Origin: Sminthopsis crassicaudata | Taxonomy: Eukaryota | Assembly (NCBI RefSeq): GCF_048593235.1 | Contig: NC_133621.1 | Coordinates: 203,257,238-203,321,237, forward strand | Reading direction: 5' to 3' | DNA length: 64,000 bases | Shown: positions 40,201-53,291 of the stretch, one piece after another | How the letters are laid out: the number at the start of each line of letters is the position of its first letter | How positions within the stretch are numbered: position 1 is the first letter of the stretch | Notes under the pieces: model-generated | Told to the model about the DNA's origin: nothing | The model's database searches: none | Seen by the model: only the letters and a program-made list of their open reading frames with translations | Translations under genes and position numbers: made by a program

Positions 40201-41241
40201 GGATTGCCTTGCATCACTAAAGCACTGAGGACAAGCAAGTCTTTCAGGGTTCATCATCACAGAGGCTTCCTGGGATGGCGGCCACTGGATTCCTGCTTCA
40301 GCTTCTTTCGCTCAGCCTCAGTTCAGGGCAAGCTTTCCAGGGCTTTCTCCAATCCGCATTTTCCACTTTTTGGGTCACCACACAAAGAGCGGCTCCCAAC
40401 TCCTTACACACCCAAGAGCTGCTCCATCAGCTTGTTCCTTGACCTTGCCCTGCCTTCAGCTTCGCATTTCTGCTGTCTTCTCCTCCTAGAAGGGGCCACA
40501 TCTGCAGGAGCCATGGGGACAAACAGAGCAGAAACCACCCCAGCGGGAAGATCGCCATCTGCGAGCTCTAGCTCCACTTCCAGCTTACTCAGCCAAGGTG
40601 AGCTAGGGGCAGAGCAGAGATCTTCTGGGCCTTCAATAGATCCTTTGGAAGGTCTCCCTCGAGGCACAGACGAAAGCCAAAAGGGAGCCTCGTAACAGGC
40701 ATGGCCCACTGTACTCTCAATCCGTTGGTTTTCCTGGCGGTCAAAGGCTTCCAACTGCCATGGTGGAGGCAGCCCCCACAACCTGGGAAGCTGAAAAACA
40801 GCTTGCCATGTTTTCTCTCTGCTCGGGACAGCCCCGAAGCCTCACTTGCTGGCCCAGCGTGACCGTCCCCACAACTTGCGGCTTTGCCCTTCATCTGCTT
40901 CCCGGGCAAAGGGGCATATTTTAAGCCAGCTCTTGCTGTGGGGTCCATTACAATGGCGACCCCGATCTCGGAAACTTTGTACATGGCCAGGCCACACAAT
41001 GAGGCAGGAACCATCTCCCCAAAAAAGTCCAGAAAGATTCAGCGGCTCAGCTGAGCCTGACTGGCCTCTCTCTACCTACTGTCTACCTCCACATTGGCAG
41101 CCGCACCTACTTGGCCTCTAGAATCCCAATCTGCTCTTCCAAGGACACTCTTCCTTTCAGGTCCAGCATGGATTCCCATTTTCACATGTGGCTATTTCCC
41201 CAGGCAGCACCCGAGACTCCCACACTACAATCACACTGACA

Positions 41242-41285
<44 letters not shown>

Positions 41286-43915
41286 CTCACACTCACACAC
41301 ACCCCCAAGGAGCAAACACACGCACATAGACACATCCAAAGACAGATGGGATTTCAGCTCTCTGAGTGTGCATACCATCGAATTCCATTCGCTATGAGGC
41401 TGAGGGGGCTCCCAGCACGGGTTTCTCATCTGAGATTTGTCCCAATTGTTGCAGGCCCCGGTGCGACTCCCTCAGGGACCAAGGACAACTCTCGAACTTC
41501 CAACCCAGGTACTTCTGGTGAGATTGGCTCAGCACCCTGCTTCTCGTGTTACCCCTGTGCCCCCAGTCCGGCGAGCCAGACAGTCGCCCGAGGGCCCCTG
41601 AAAAACCTTGGTTGGCCCACACGTAGCCCTCTGCCCCCCAGAGTTCCGCGCCTGGAGCCCTCAAGACATTTCCACTCCAGATGACCATTTCATGGCCACT
41701 GCCTGTACATCTGATTCTCCCTTTCTCCTCTTTCCCAGGAGCAACGGGGACTACAGGAGCCAGTGGGACAAACAGAGCTGAAAGCACCACTAAGGGAAAG
41801 TCAACAGCTGGCAGCAGCAGTTCCACTGGAGCCCCTGCAGGTGACGCCCGCTTCAGAGAGAGCCTAAGCCCTGGCTATCTCTTCTTGCTACACTACTTCT
41901 TTTCTGGATATAGATATATACCTATATAACATTTTGCAGAACCAAGGGTGTTTTCCTGCTGTCACATGCATAGTAACCTTAGGAATACACAATTCCTTAT
42001 GAACTCTGTTGGGAAGAAAAATGAGAACCCAGTGGAAAAATCACAAGAGAGACACAAATACAAACAGAAAAAAATAAATTAAATAAAACAAATAAATAAA
42101 TAAATAAATGAAAAGCCGAGAAGGTGTTGATTGGCCTTCAATCTGTGGAGTTCTCTGTCTGGAGGCAGATGGCGTTTTCTAACCCAAGTGGATGGGGACT
42201 GCCTTGCCTCAGGACAGCCCTGCAGAGAAGCAAGGCTTTCCTAGACGATCATCATGCAAACTGGCTCTGGCTGGATACAATGTATTCCTGGCTCTCCTGC
42301 TTTCGCTCAGCCTCAGTTCATGTCAGTCTTTCCAGATCTGGCTGCAATCAGCTAGATCATCAGTTGTGATAGAATCATCCTATTGCATGACCTTGGGGGC
42401 CACCACTTATTCAGCCATTCCCTAAGGGATGGGCATCTACTCCTGTCCCCCCCTGTGTGTCCCCACCAAGGGAGCTGCTCCAACCTCCTTCCATCCCAAA
42501 CAGCTGCTTCCGTAGTTTCTTCCTTGCCATTGGCCCCTCTTCAACAGGGCGTTTTCCCTTTCTTCTCCTTGTAGAAGCCGCCACATCCGCTGGAGGCACG
42601 GGGACAAACAGAGCTGAAACCACTGCAACGGGAAGATCGGCAAGTGCGAGCTCCACCTCCACTGCCAGCACTCTCAGCCAAGGTGAGCCAGTGGAAGAGC
42701 AGACATCTGCTGAGCCTTTGCAAAGGCTAGCTCACCAAATAGAGCCAAGCCAAAAGCCAACTTCCTTGCCCACAGTGAACGCTTCTCTCTGCCCTGTGGC
42801 TTCCCAATCAGCCCCAGTAGGGAAGCTCCAAAGCAGCTTAGCATTGGTTCCCTGCTCGGGACACCCATTTCTCGGCTCCAAAGAGTCACTTGCTGGTGGT
42901 CTAGCTTGACCTTTCCTAGCGCTTTGTCCTTGGCCCTTCTTCTTGGCAAGGGAGCAGAGGGGAAGCCTTCTCTTCCTCATGGCTCCATTCGAATTGCTGA
43001 GGTTTTCTTTCTTTAAAACTCTCTATATGGCCAAGGCACCGATTGAAGCAGGAACCATCTCCTAAGAACGCCAAAAAAATGCGGCTGGCCAGCTGAGTCT
43101 CTTTGGCCTAGCTCTGCATTCTTCTTCCTCCACGTTTGATCTTTGCCCCCTCCTCTCCTCCACGCTCCACTTGCATCCCACTCTCCTGTTCCAAGGATAC
43201 TCTTCCTTTCAGTCCCGCCAATGGGTCCTCTTTCCACATTTTGCTGTTTTCTTCGAGACACACAGACCCAATTCCCAAGGCACAAAAGCAGACACAGGCA
43301 AAAACCCCTAGGATTTCAGCCCTCCAAGAGTGCATGTAGACACTTCCCTTCAGCATTGTGCAGAAGGTGATCACAAGACAGGTTTCTCACTTGACTTGTG
43401 TGCCCATTGTTGCAGGCCAAAGTGGAACCTCCTCAGCGCCCCAAGACAATTCTTCAAGTGCCAACCCAGGTAATTCTGAAAGGACTGCTTCAGCACCCTG
43501 TTGACACCACTCAGGAATAGAATCGGGAGGGCCCCTGGGAAACCACAGGCACACGTGATATCCTGGCCCGCCAATGTAGCCATGGGCCCTCAGAGATTCA
43601 CGCCTGCTAGCCTCAAGGCATCTCCCCTCCAGGTGAGCGTTCCATGCCCTCTGCCTGTACATCTGATTCTCCCTTTCTCCTCTTTCCCAAAAGCAATGGT
43701 GACCTCAGGAGCCAGTGGGACAAACAGAGCTGAAAGCACCACTAAGGGAAGAACAACAGCTGGCAGCGGCCCTTCCACTGGATCCCCTCTAGGTGACGCA
43801 CATTTCCCACCCATCATGGAGCCTTGCTGTCTCTCTCCTCCAGCCTTGCACTTTGATATATCTATATTTTTACATGCATATACGGAGAGAGATAGATATA
43901 CATAAATATACATGA

Positions 43916-43947
<32 letters not shown>

Positions 43948-45241
43948 AGATATAGATATAGATATAGATATCTCATTGTCCATCCATAGTTTTATTATGG
44001 TGGTTTGACATGGAGATTCCCTTTTGTAATACCCATTTCCTTCTCAATGATGTTGGGAGGGAAAAAGCAGAACCAAGGGAAAACAAGCTGAGTGAGAAGG
44101 AAACACTGGCCACAAAGAGGAAAGAGAGAGCATGTGTTCATTTTCACTCAATCTCCTTAGCTCTCTTTCTCGATGTCGATGGCCTTTTCTCTCCAAAGCT
44201 TCTTGGGATTGCCTTGCATCACTAAAGCACTGAGGACAAGCAAGTCTTTCAGGGTTCATCATCACAGAGGCTTCCTGGGATGGCGGCCACTGGATTCCTG
44301 CTTCAGCTTCTTTCGCTCAGCCTCAGTTCAGGGCAAGCTTTCCAGGGCTTTCTCCAATCCGCATTTTCCACTTTTTGGGTCACCACACAAAGAGCGGCTC
44401 CCAACTCCTTACACACCCAAGAGCTGCTCCATCAGCTTGTTCCTTGACCTTGCCCTGCCTTCAGCTTCGCATTTCTGCTGTCTTCTCCTCCTAGAAGGGG
44501 CCACATCTGCAGGAGCCATGGGGACAAACAGAGCAGAAACCACCCCAGCGGGAAGATCGCCATCTGCGAGCTCTAGCTCCACTTCCAGCTTACTCAGCCA
44601 AGGTGAGCTAGGGGCAGAGCAGAGATCTTCTGGGCCTTCAATAGATCCTTTGGAAGGTCTCCCTCGAGGCACAGACGGAAGCCAAAAGGGAGCCTCGTAA
44701 CAGGCATGGCCCGCTGTACTCTCAATCCGTTGGTTTTCCTGGCGGTCAAAGGCTTCCAACTGCCATGGTGGAGGCAGCCCCCACAACCTGGGAAGCTGAA
44801 AAACAGCTTGCCATGTTTTCTCTCTGCTCGGGACAGCCCCGAAGCCTCACTTGCTGGCCCAGCGTGACCGTCCCCACAACTTGCGGCTTTGCCCTTCATC
44901 TGCTTCCCGGGCAAAGGGGCATATTTTAAGCCAGCTCTTGCTGTGGGGTCCATTACAATGGCGACCCCGATCTCGGAAACTTTGTACATGGCCAGGCCAC
45001 ACAATGAGGCAGGAACCATCTCCCCAAAAAAGTCCAGAAAGATTCAGCGGCTCAGCTGAGCCTGACTGGCCTCTCTCTACCTACTGTCTCCTCCACATTG
45101 GCAGCCACACCTACTTGGCCTCTAGAATCCCAATCTGCTCTTCCAAGGACACTCTTCCTTTCAGGTCCAGCATGGATTCCCATTTTCACATGTGGCTATT
45201 TCCCCAGGCAGCACCCGAGACTCCCACACTACAATCACACT

Positions 45242-45295
<54 letters not shown>

Positions 45296-48200
45296 CACAC
45301 ACACCCCCAAGGAGCAAACACACGCACATAGACACATCCAAAGACAGATGGGATTTCAGCTCTCTGAGTGTGCATACCATCGAATTCCATTCGCTATGAG
45401 GCTGAGGGGGCTCCCAGCACGGGTTTCTCATCTGAGATTTGTCCCAATTGTTGCAGGCCCCGGTGCGACTCCCTCAGGGACCAAGGACAACTCTCGAACT
45501 TCCAACCCAGGTACTTCTGGTGAGATTGGCTCAGCACCCTGCTTCTCGTGTTGCCCCTGTGCCCCCAGTCCGGCGAGCCAGACAGTCGCCCGAGGGCCCC
45601 TGAAAAACCTTGGTTGGCCCACACGTAGCCCTCTGCCCCCCAGAGTTCCGCGCCTGGAGCCCTCAAGACATTTCCACTCCAGATGACCATTTCATGGCCA
45701 CTGCCTGTACATCTGATTCTCCCTTTCTCCTCTTTCCCAGGAGCAACGGGGACTACAGGAGCCAGTGGGACAAACAGAGCTGAAAGCACCACTAAGGGAA
45801 AGTCAACAGCTGGCAGCAGCAGTTCCACTGGAGCCCCTGCAGGTGACGCCCGCTTCAGAGAGAGCCTAAGCCCTGGCTATCTCTTCTTGCTACACTACTT
45901 CTTTTCTGGATATAGATATATACCTATATAACATTTTGCAGAACCAAGGGTGTTTTCCTGCTGTCACATGCATAGTAACCTTAGGAATACACAATTCCTT
46001 ATGAACCCTGTTGGGAAGAAAAATGAGAACCCAGTGGAAAAATCACAAGAGAGACACAAATACAAACAGAAAAAAATAAATTAAATAAAACAAATAAATA
46101 AATAAATAAATGAAAAGCCGAGAAGGTGTTGATTGGCCTTCAATCTGTGGAGTTCTCTGTCTGGAGGCAGATGGCGTTTTCTAACCCAAGTGGATGGGGA
46201 CTGCCTTGCCTCAGGACAGCCCTGCAGAGAAGCAAGGCTTTCCTAGACGATCATCATGCAAACTGGCTGTGGCTGGATACAATGTATTCCTGGCTCTCCT
46301 GCTTTCGCTCAGCCTCAGTTCATGTCAGTCTTTCCAGATCTGGCTGCAATCAGCTAGATCATCAGTTGTGATAGAATCATCCTATTGCATGACCTTGGGG
46401 GCCACCACTTATTCAGCCATTCCCTAAGGGATGGGCATCTACTCCTGTCCCCCCCTGTGTGTCCCCACCAAGGGAGCTGCTCCAACCTCCTTCCATCCCA
46501 AACAGCTGCTTCCGTAGTTTCTTCCTTGCCATTGGCCCCTCTTCAACAGGGCGTTTTCCCTTTCTTCTCCTTGTAGAAGCCGCCACATCCGCTGGAGGCA
46601 CGGGGACAAACAGAGCTGAAACCACTGCAACGGGAAGATCGGCAAGTGCGAGCTCCACCTCCACTGCCAGCACTCTCAGCCAAGGTGAGCCAGTGGAAGA
46701 GCAGACATCTGCTGAGCCTTTGCAAAGGCTAGCTCACCAAATAGAGCCAAGCCAAAAGCCAACTTCCTTGCCCACAGTGAACGCTTCTCTCTGCCCTGTG
46801 GCTTCCCAATCAGCCCAAGTAGGGAAGCTCCAAAGCAGCTTAGCATTGGTTCCCTGCTCGGGACACCCATTTCTCGGCTCCAAAGAGTCACTTGCTGGTG
46901 GTCTAGCTTGACCTTTCCTAGCGCTTTGTCCTTGGCCCTTCTTCTTGGCAAGGGAGCAGAGGGGAAGCCTTCTCTTCCTCATGGCTCCATTCGAATTGCT
47001 GAGGTTTTCTTTCTTTAAAACTCTCTATATGGCCAAGGCACCGATTGAAGCAGGAACCATCTCCTAAGAACGCCAAAAAAATGCGGCTGGCCAGCTGAGT
47101 CTCTTTGGCCTAGCTCTGCATTCTTCTTCCTCCACGTTTGATCTTTGCCCCCTCCTCTCCTCCACGCTCCACTTGCATCCCACTCTCCTGTTCCAAGGAT
47201 ACTCTTCCTTTCAGTCCCGCCAATGGGTCCTCTTTCCACATTTTGCTGTTTTCTTCGAGACACACAGACCCAATTCCCAAGGCACAAAAGCAGACACAGG
47301 CAAACACCCCTAGGATTTCAGCCCTCCAAGAGTGCATGTTGACACTTCCCTTCAGCATTGTGCAGAAGGTGATCACAAGACAGGTTTCTCACTTGACTTG
47401 TGTGCCCATTGTTGCAGGCCAAAGTGGAACCTCCTCAGCGCCCCAAGACAATTCTTCAAGTGCCAACCCAGGTAATTCTGAAAGGACTGCTTCAGCACCC
47501 TGTTGACACCACTCAGGAATAGAATCGGGAGGGCCCCTGGGAAACCACAGGCACACGTGATATCCTGGCCCGCCAATGTAGCCATGGGCCCTCAGAGATT
47601 CACGCCTGCTAGCCTCAAGGCATCTCCCCTCCAGGTGAGCGTTCCATGCCCTCTGCCTGTACATCTGATTCTCCCTTTCTCCTCTTTCCCAAAAGCAATG
47701 GTGACCTCAGGAGCCAGTGGGACAAACAGAGCTGAAAGCACCACTAAGGGAAGAACAACAGCTGGCAGCGGCCCTTCCACTGGATCCCCTCTAGGTGACG
47801 CACATTTCCCACCCATCATGGAGCCTTGCTGTCTCTCTCCTCCAGCCTTGCACTTTGATATATCTATATTTTTACATGCATATACGGAGAGAGATAGATA
47901 TACATAAATATACATGAACACACACACACACACACACATACACAGATATAGATATAGATATAGATATCTCATTGTCCATTCATAGTTTTATTATGGTGGT
48001 TTGACATGGAGATTCCCTTTTGTAATACCCATTTCCTTCTCAATGATGTTGGGAGGGAAAAAGCAGAACCAAGGGAAAACAAGCTGAGTGAGAAGGAAAC
48101 ACTGGCCACAAAGAGGAAAGAGAGAGCATGTGTTCATTTTCACTCAATCTCCTTAGCTCTCTTTCTCGATGTCGATGGCCTTTTCTCTCCAAAGCTTCTT

Positions 48201-49242
48201 GGGATTGCCTTGCATCACTAAAGCACTGAGGACAAGCAAGTCTTTCAGGGTTCATCATCACAGAGGATTCCTGGGATGGCGGCCACTGGATTCCTGCTTC
48301 AGCTTCTTTCGCTCAGCCTCAGTTCAGGGCAAGCTTTCCAGGGCTTTCTCCAATCCGCATTTTCCACTTTTTGGGTCACCACACAAAGAGCGGCTCCCAA
48401 CTCCTTACACACCCAAGAGCTGCTCCATCAGCTTGTTCCTTGACCTTGCCCTGCCTTCAGCTTCGCATTTCTGCTGTCTTCTCCTCCTAGAAGGGGCCAC
48501 ATCTGCAGGAGCCATGGGGACAAACAGAGCAGAAACCACCCCAGCGGGAAGATCGCCATCTGCGAGCTCTAGCTCCACTTCCAGCTTACTCAGCCAAGGT
48601 GAGCTAGGGGCAGAGCAGAGATCTTCTGGGCCTTCAATAGATCCTTGGGAAGGTCTCCCTCGAGGCACAGACGGAAGCCAAAAGGGAGCCTCGTAACAGG
48701 CATGGCCCGCTGTACTCTCAATCCGTTGGTTTTCCTGGCGGTCAAAGGCTTCCAACTGCCATGGTGGAGGCAGCCCCCACAACCTGGGAAGCTGAAAAAC
48801 AGCTTGCCACGTTTTCTCTCTGCTCGGGACAGCCCCGAAGCCTCACTTGCTGGCCCAGCGTGACCGTCCCCACAACTTGCGGCTTTGCCCTTCATCTGCT
48901 TCCCGGGCAAAGGGGCATATTTTAAGCCAGCTCTTGCTGTGGGGTCCATTACAATGGCGACCCCGATCTCGGAAACTTTGTACATGGCCAGGCCACACAA
49001 TGAGGCAGGAACCATCTCCCCAAAAAAGTCCAGAAAGATTCAGCGGCTCAGCTGAGCCTGACTGGCCTCTCTCTACCTACTGTCTACCTCCACATTGGCA
49101 GCCGCACCTACTTGGCCTCTAGAATCCCAATCTGCTCTTCCAAGGACACTCTTCCTTTCAGGTCCAGCATGGATTCCCATTTTCACATGTGGCTATTTCC
49201 CCAGGCAGCACCCGAGACTCCCACACTACAATCACACTGACA

Positions 49243-49290
<48 letters not shown>

Positions 49291-52200
49291 CTCACACTCA
49301 CACACACCCCCAAGGAGCAAACACACGCACATAGACACATCCAAAGACAGATGGGATTTCAGCTCTCTGAGTGTGCATACCATCGAATTCCATTCGCTAT
49401 GAGGCTGAGGGGGCTCCCAGCACGGGTTTCTCATCTGAGATTTGTCCCAATTGTTGCAGGCCCCGGTGCGACTCCCTCAGGGACCAAGGACAACTCTCGA
49501 ACTTCCAACCCAGGTACTTCTGGTGAGATTGGCTCAGCACCCTGCTTCTCGTGTTGCCCCTGTGCCCCCAGTCCGGCGAGCCAGACAGTCGCCCGAGGGC
49601 CCCTGAAAAACCTTGGTTGGCCCACACGTAGCCCTCTGCCCCCCAGAGTTCCGCGCCTGGAGCCCTCAAGACATTTCCACTCCAGATGACCATTTCATGG
49701 CCACTGCCTGTACATCTGATTCTCCCTTTCTCCTCTTTCCCAGGAGCAACGGGGACTACAGGAGCCAGTGGGACAAACAGAGCTGAAAGCACCACTAAGG
49801 GAAAGTCAACAGCTGGCAGCAGCAGTTCCACTGGAGCCCCTGCAGGTGACGCCCGCTTCAGAGAGAGCCTAAGCCCTGGCTATCTCTTCTTGCTACACTA
49901 CTTCTTTTCTGGATATAGATATATACCTATATAACATTTTGCAGAACCAAGGGTGTTTTCCTGCTGTCACATGCATAGTAACCTTAGGAATACACAATTC
50001 CTTATGAACCCTGTTGGGAAGAAAAATGAGAACCCAGTGGAAAAATCACAAGAGAGACACAAATACAAACAGAAAAAAATAAATTAAATAAAACAAACAA
50101 ATAAATAAATAAATGAAAAGCCGAGAAGGTGTTGATTGGCCTTCAATCTGTGGAGTTCTCTGTCTGGAGGCAGATGGCGTTTTCTAACCCAAGTGGATGG
50201 GGACTGCCTTGCCTCAGGACAGCCCTGCAGAGAAGCAAGGCTTTCCTAGACGATCATCATGCAAACTGGCTGTGGCTGGATACAATGTATTCCTGGCTCT
50301 CCTGCTTTCGCTCAGCCTCAGTTCATGTCAGTCTTTCCAGATCTGGCTGCAATCAGCTAGATCATCAGTTGTGATAGAATCATCCTATTGCATGACCTTG
50401 GGGGCCACCACTTATTCAGCCATTCCCTAAGGGATGGGCATCTTCTCCTGTCCCCCCCTGTGTGTCCCCACCAAGGGAGCTGCTCCAACCTCCTTCCATC
50501 CCAAACAGCTGCTTCCGTAGTTTCTTCCTTGCCATTGGCCCCTCTTCAACAGGGCGTTTTGCCTTTCTTCTCCGTGTAGAAGCCGCCACATCCGCTGGAG
50601 GCACGGGGACAAACAGAGCTGAAACCACTGCAACGGGAAGATCGGCAAGTGCGAGCTCCACCTCCACTGCCAGCACTCTCAGCCAAGGTGAGCCAGTGGA
50701 AGAGCAGACATCTGCTGAGCCTTTGCAAAGGCTAGCTCACCAAATAGAGCCAAGCCAAAAGCCAACTTCCTTGCCCACAGTGAACGCTTCTCTCTGCCCT
50801 GTGGCTTCCCAATCAGCCCAAGTAGGGAAGCTCCAAAGCAGCTTAGCATTGGTTCCCTGCTCGGGACACCCATTTCTCGGCTCCAAAGAGTCACTTGCTG
50901 GTGGTCTAGCTTGACCTTTCCTAGCGCTTTGTCCTTGGCCCTTCTTCTTGGCAAGGGAGCAGAGGGGAAGCCTTCTCTTCCTCATGGCTCCATTCGAATT
51001 GCTGAGGTGTTCTTTCTTTAAAACTCTCTATATGGCCAAGGCACCGATTGAAACAGGAACCATCTCCTAAGAACGCCAAAAAAATGCGGCTGGCCAGCTG
51101 AGTCTCTTTGGCCTAGCTCTGCATTCTTCTTCCTCCACGTTTGATCTTTGCCCCCTCCTCTCCTCCACGCTCCACTTGCATCCCACTCTCCTGTTCCAAG
51201 GATACTCTTCCTTTCAGTCCCGCCAATGGGTCCTCTTTCCACATTTTGCTGTTTTCTTCGAGACACACAGACCCAATTCCCAAGGCACAAAAGCAGACAC
51301 AGGCAAACACCCCTAGGATTTCAGCCCTCCAAGAGTGCATGTTGACACTTCCCTTCAGCATTGTGCAGAAGGTGATCACAAGACAGGTTTCTCACTTGAC
51401 TTGTGTGCCCATTGTTGCAGGCCAAAGTGGAACCTCCTCAGCGCCCCAAGACAATTCTTCAAGTGCCAACCCAGGTAATTCTGAAAGGACTGCTTCAGCA
51501 CCCTGTTGACACCACTCAGGAATAGAATCGGGAGGGCCCCTGGGAAACCACAGGCACACGTGATATCCTGGCCCGCCAATGTAGCCATGGGCCCTCAGAG
51601 ATTCACGCCTGCTAGCCTCAAGGCATCTCCCCTCCAGGTGAGCGTTCCATGCCCTCTGCCTGTACATCTGATTCTCCCTTTCTCCTCTTTCCCAAAAGCA
51701 ATGGTGACCTCAGGAGCCAGTGGGACAAACAGAGCTGAAAGCACCACTAAGGGAAGAACAACAGCTGGCAGCGGCCCTTCCACTGGATCCCCTCTAGGTG
51801 ACGCACATTTCCCACCCATCATGGAGCCTTGCTGTCTCTCTCCTCCAGCCTTGCACTTTGATATATCTATATTTTTACATGCATATACGGAGAGAGATAG
51901 ATATACATAAATATACATGAACACACACACACACACATACACAGATATAGATATAGATATAGATATCTCATTGTCCATTCATAGTTTTATTATGGTGGTT
52001 TGACATGGAGATTCCCTTTTGTAATACCCATTTCCTTCTCAATGATGTTGGGAGGGAAAAAGCAGAACCAAGGGAAAACAAGCTGAGTGAGAAGGAAGCA
52101 CTGGCCACAAAGAGGAAAGAGAGAGCATGTGTTCATTTTCACTCAATCTCCTTAGCTCTCTTTCTCGATGTCGATGGCCTTTTCTCTCCAAAGCTTCTTG

Positions 52201-53241
52201 GGATTGCCTTGCATCACTAAAGCACTGAGGACAAGCAAGTCTTTCAGGGTTCATCATCACAGAGGCTTCCTGGGATGGCGGCCACTGGATTCCTGCTTCA
52301 GCTTCTTTCGCTCAGCCTCAGTTCAGGGCAAGCTTTCCAGGGCTTTCTCCAATCCGCATTTTCCACTTTTTGGGTCACCACACAAAGAGCGGCTCCCAAC
52401 TCCTTACACACCCAAGAGCTGCTCCATCAGCTTGTTCCTTGACCTTGCCCTGCCTTCAGCTTCGCATTTCTGCTTTCTTCTTTTCCTAGAAGGGGCCACA
52501 TCTGCAGGAGCCATGGGGACAAACAGAGCAGAAACCACCCCAGCGGGAAGATCGCCATCTGCGAGCTCTAGCTCCACTTCCAGCTTACTCAGCCAAGGTG
52601 AGCTAGGGGCAGAGCAGAGATCTTCTGGGCCTTCAATAGATCCTTGGGAAGGTCTCCCTCGAGGCACAGACGGAAGCCAAAAGGGAGCCTCGTAACAGGC
52701 ATGGCCCGCTGTACTCTCAATCCGTTGGTTTTCCTGGCGGTCAAAGGCTTCCAACTGCCATGGTGGAGGCAGCCCCCACAACCTGGGAAGCTGAAAAACA
52801 GCTTGCCACGTTTTCTCTCTGCTCGGGACAGCCCCGAAGCCTCACTTGCTGGCCCAGCGTGACCGTCCCCACAACTTGCGGCTTTGCCCTTCATCTGCTT
52901 CCCGGGCAAAGGGGCATATTTTAAGCCAGCTCTTGCTGTGGGGTCCATTACAATGGCGACCCCGATCTCGGAAACTTTGTACATGGCCAGGCCACACAAT
53001 GAGGCAGGAACCATCTCCCCAAAAAAGTCCAGAAAGATTCAGCGGCTCAGCTGAGCCTGACTGGCCTCTCTCTACCTACTGTCTACCTCCACATTGGCAG
53101 CCGCACCTACTTGGCCTCTAGAATCCCAATCTGCTCTTCCAAGGACACTCTTCCTTTCAGGTCCAGCATGGATTCCCATTTTCACATGTGGCTATTTCCC
53201 CAGGCAGCACCCGAGACTCCCACACTACAATCACACTGACA

Positions 53242-53291
<50 letters not shown>

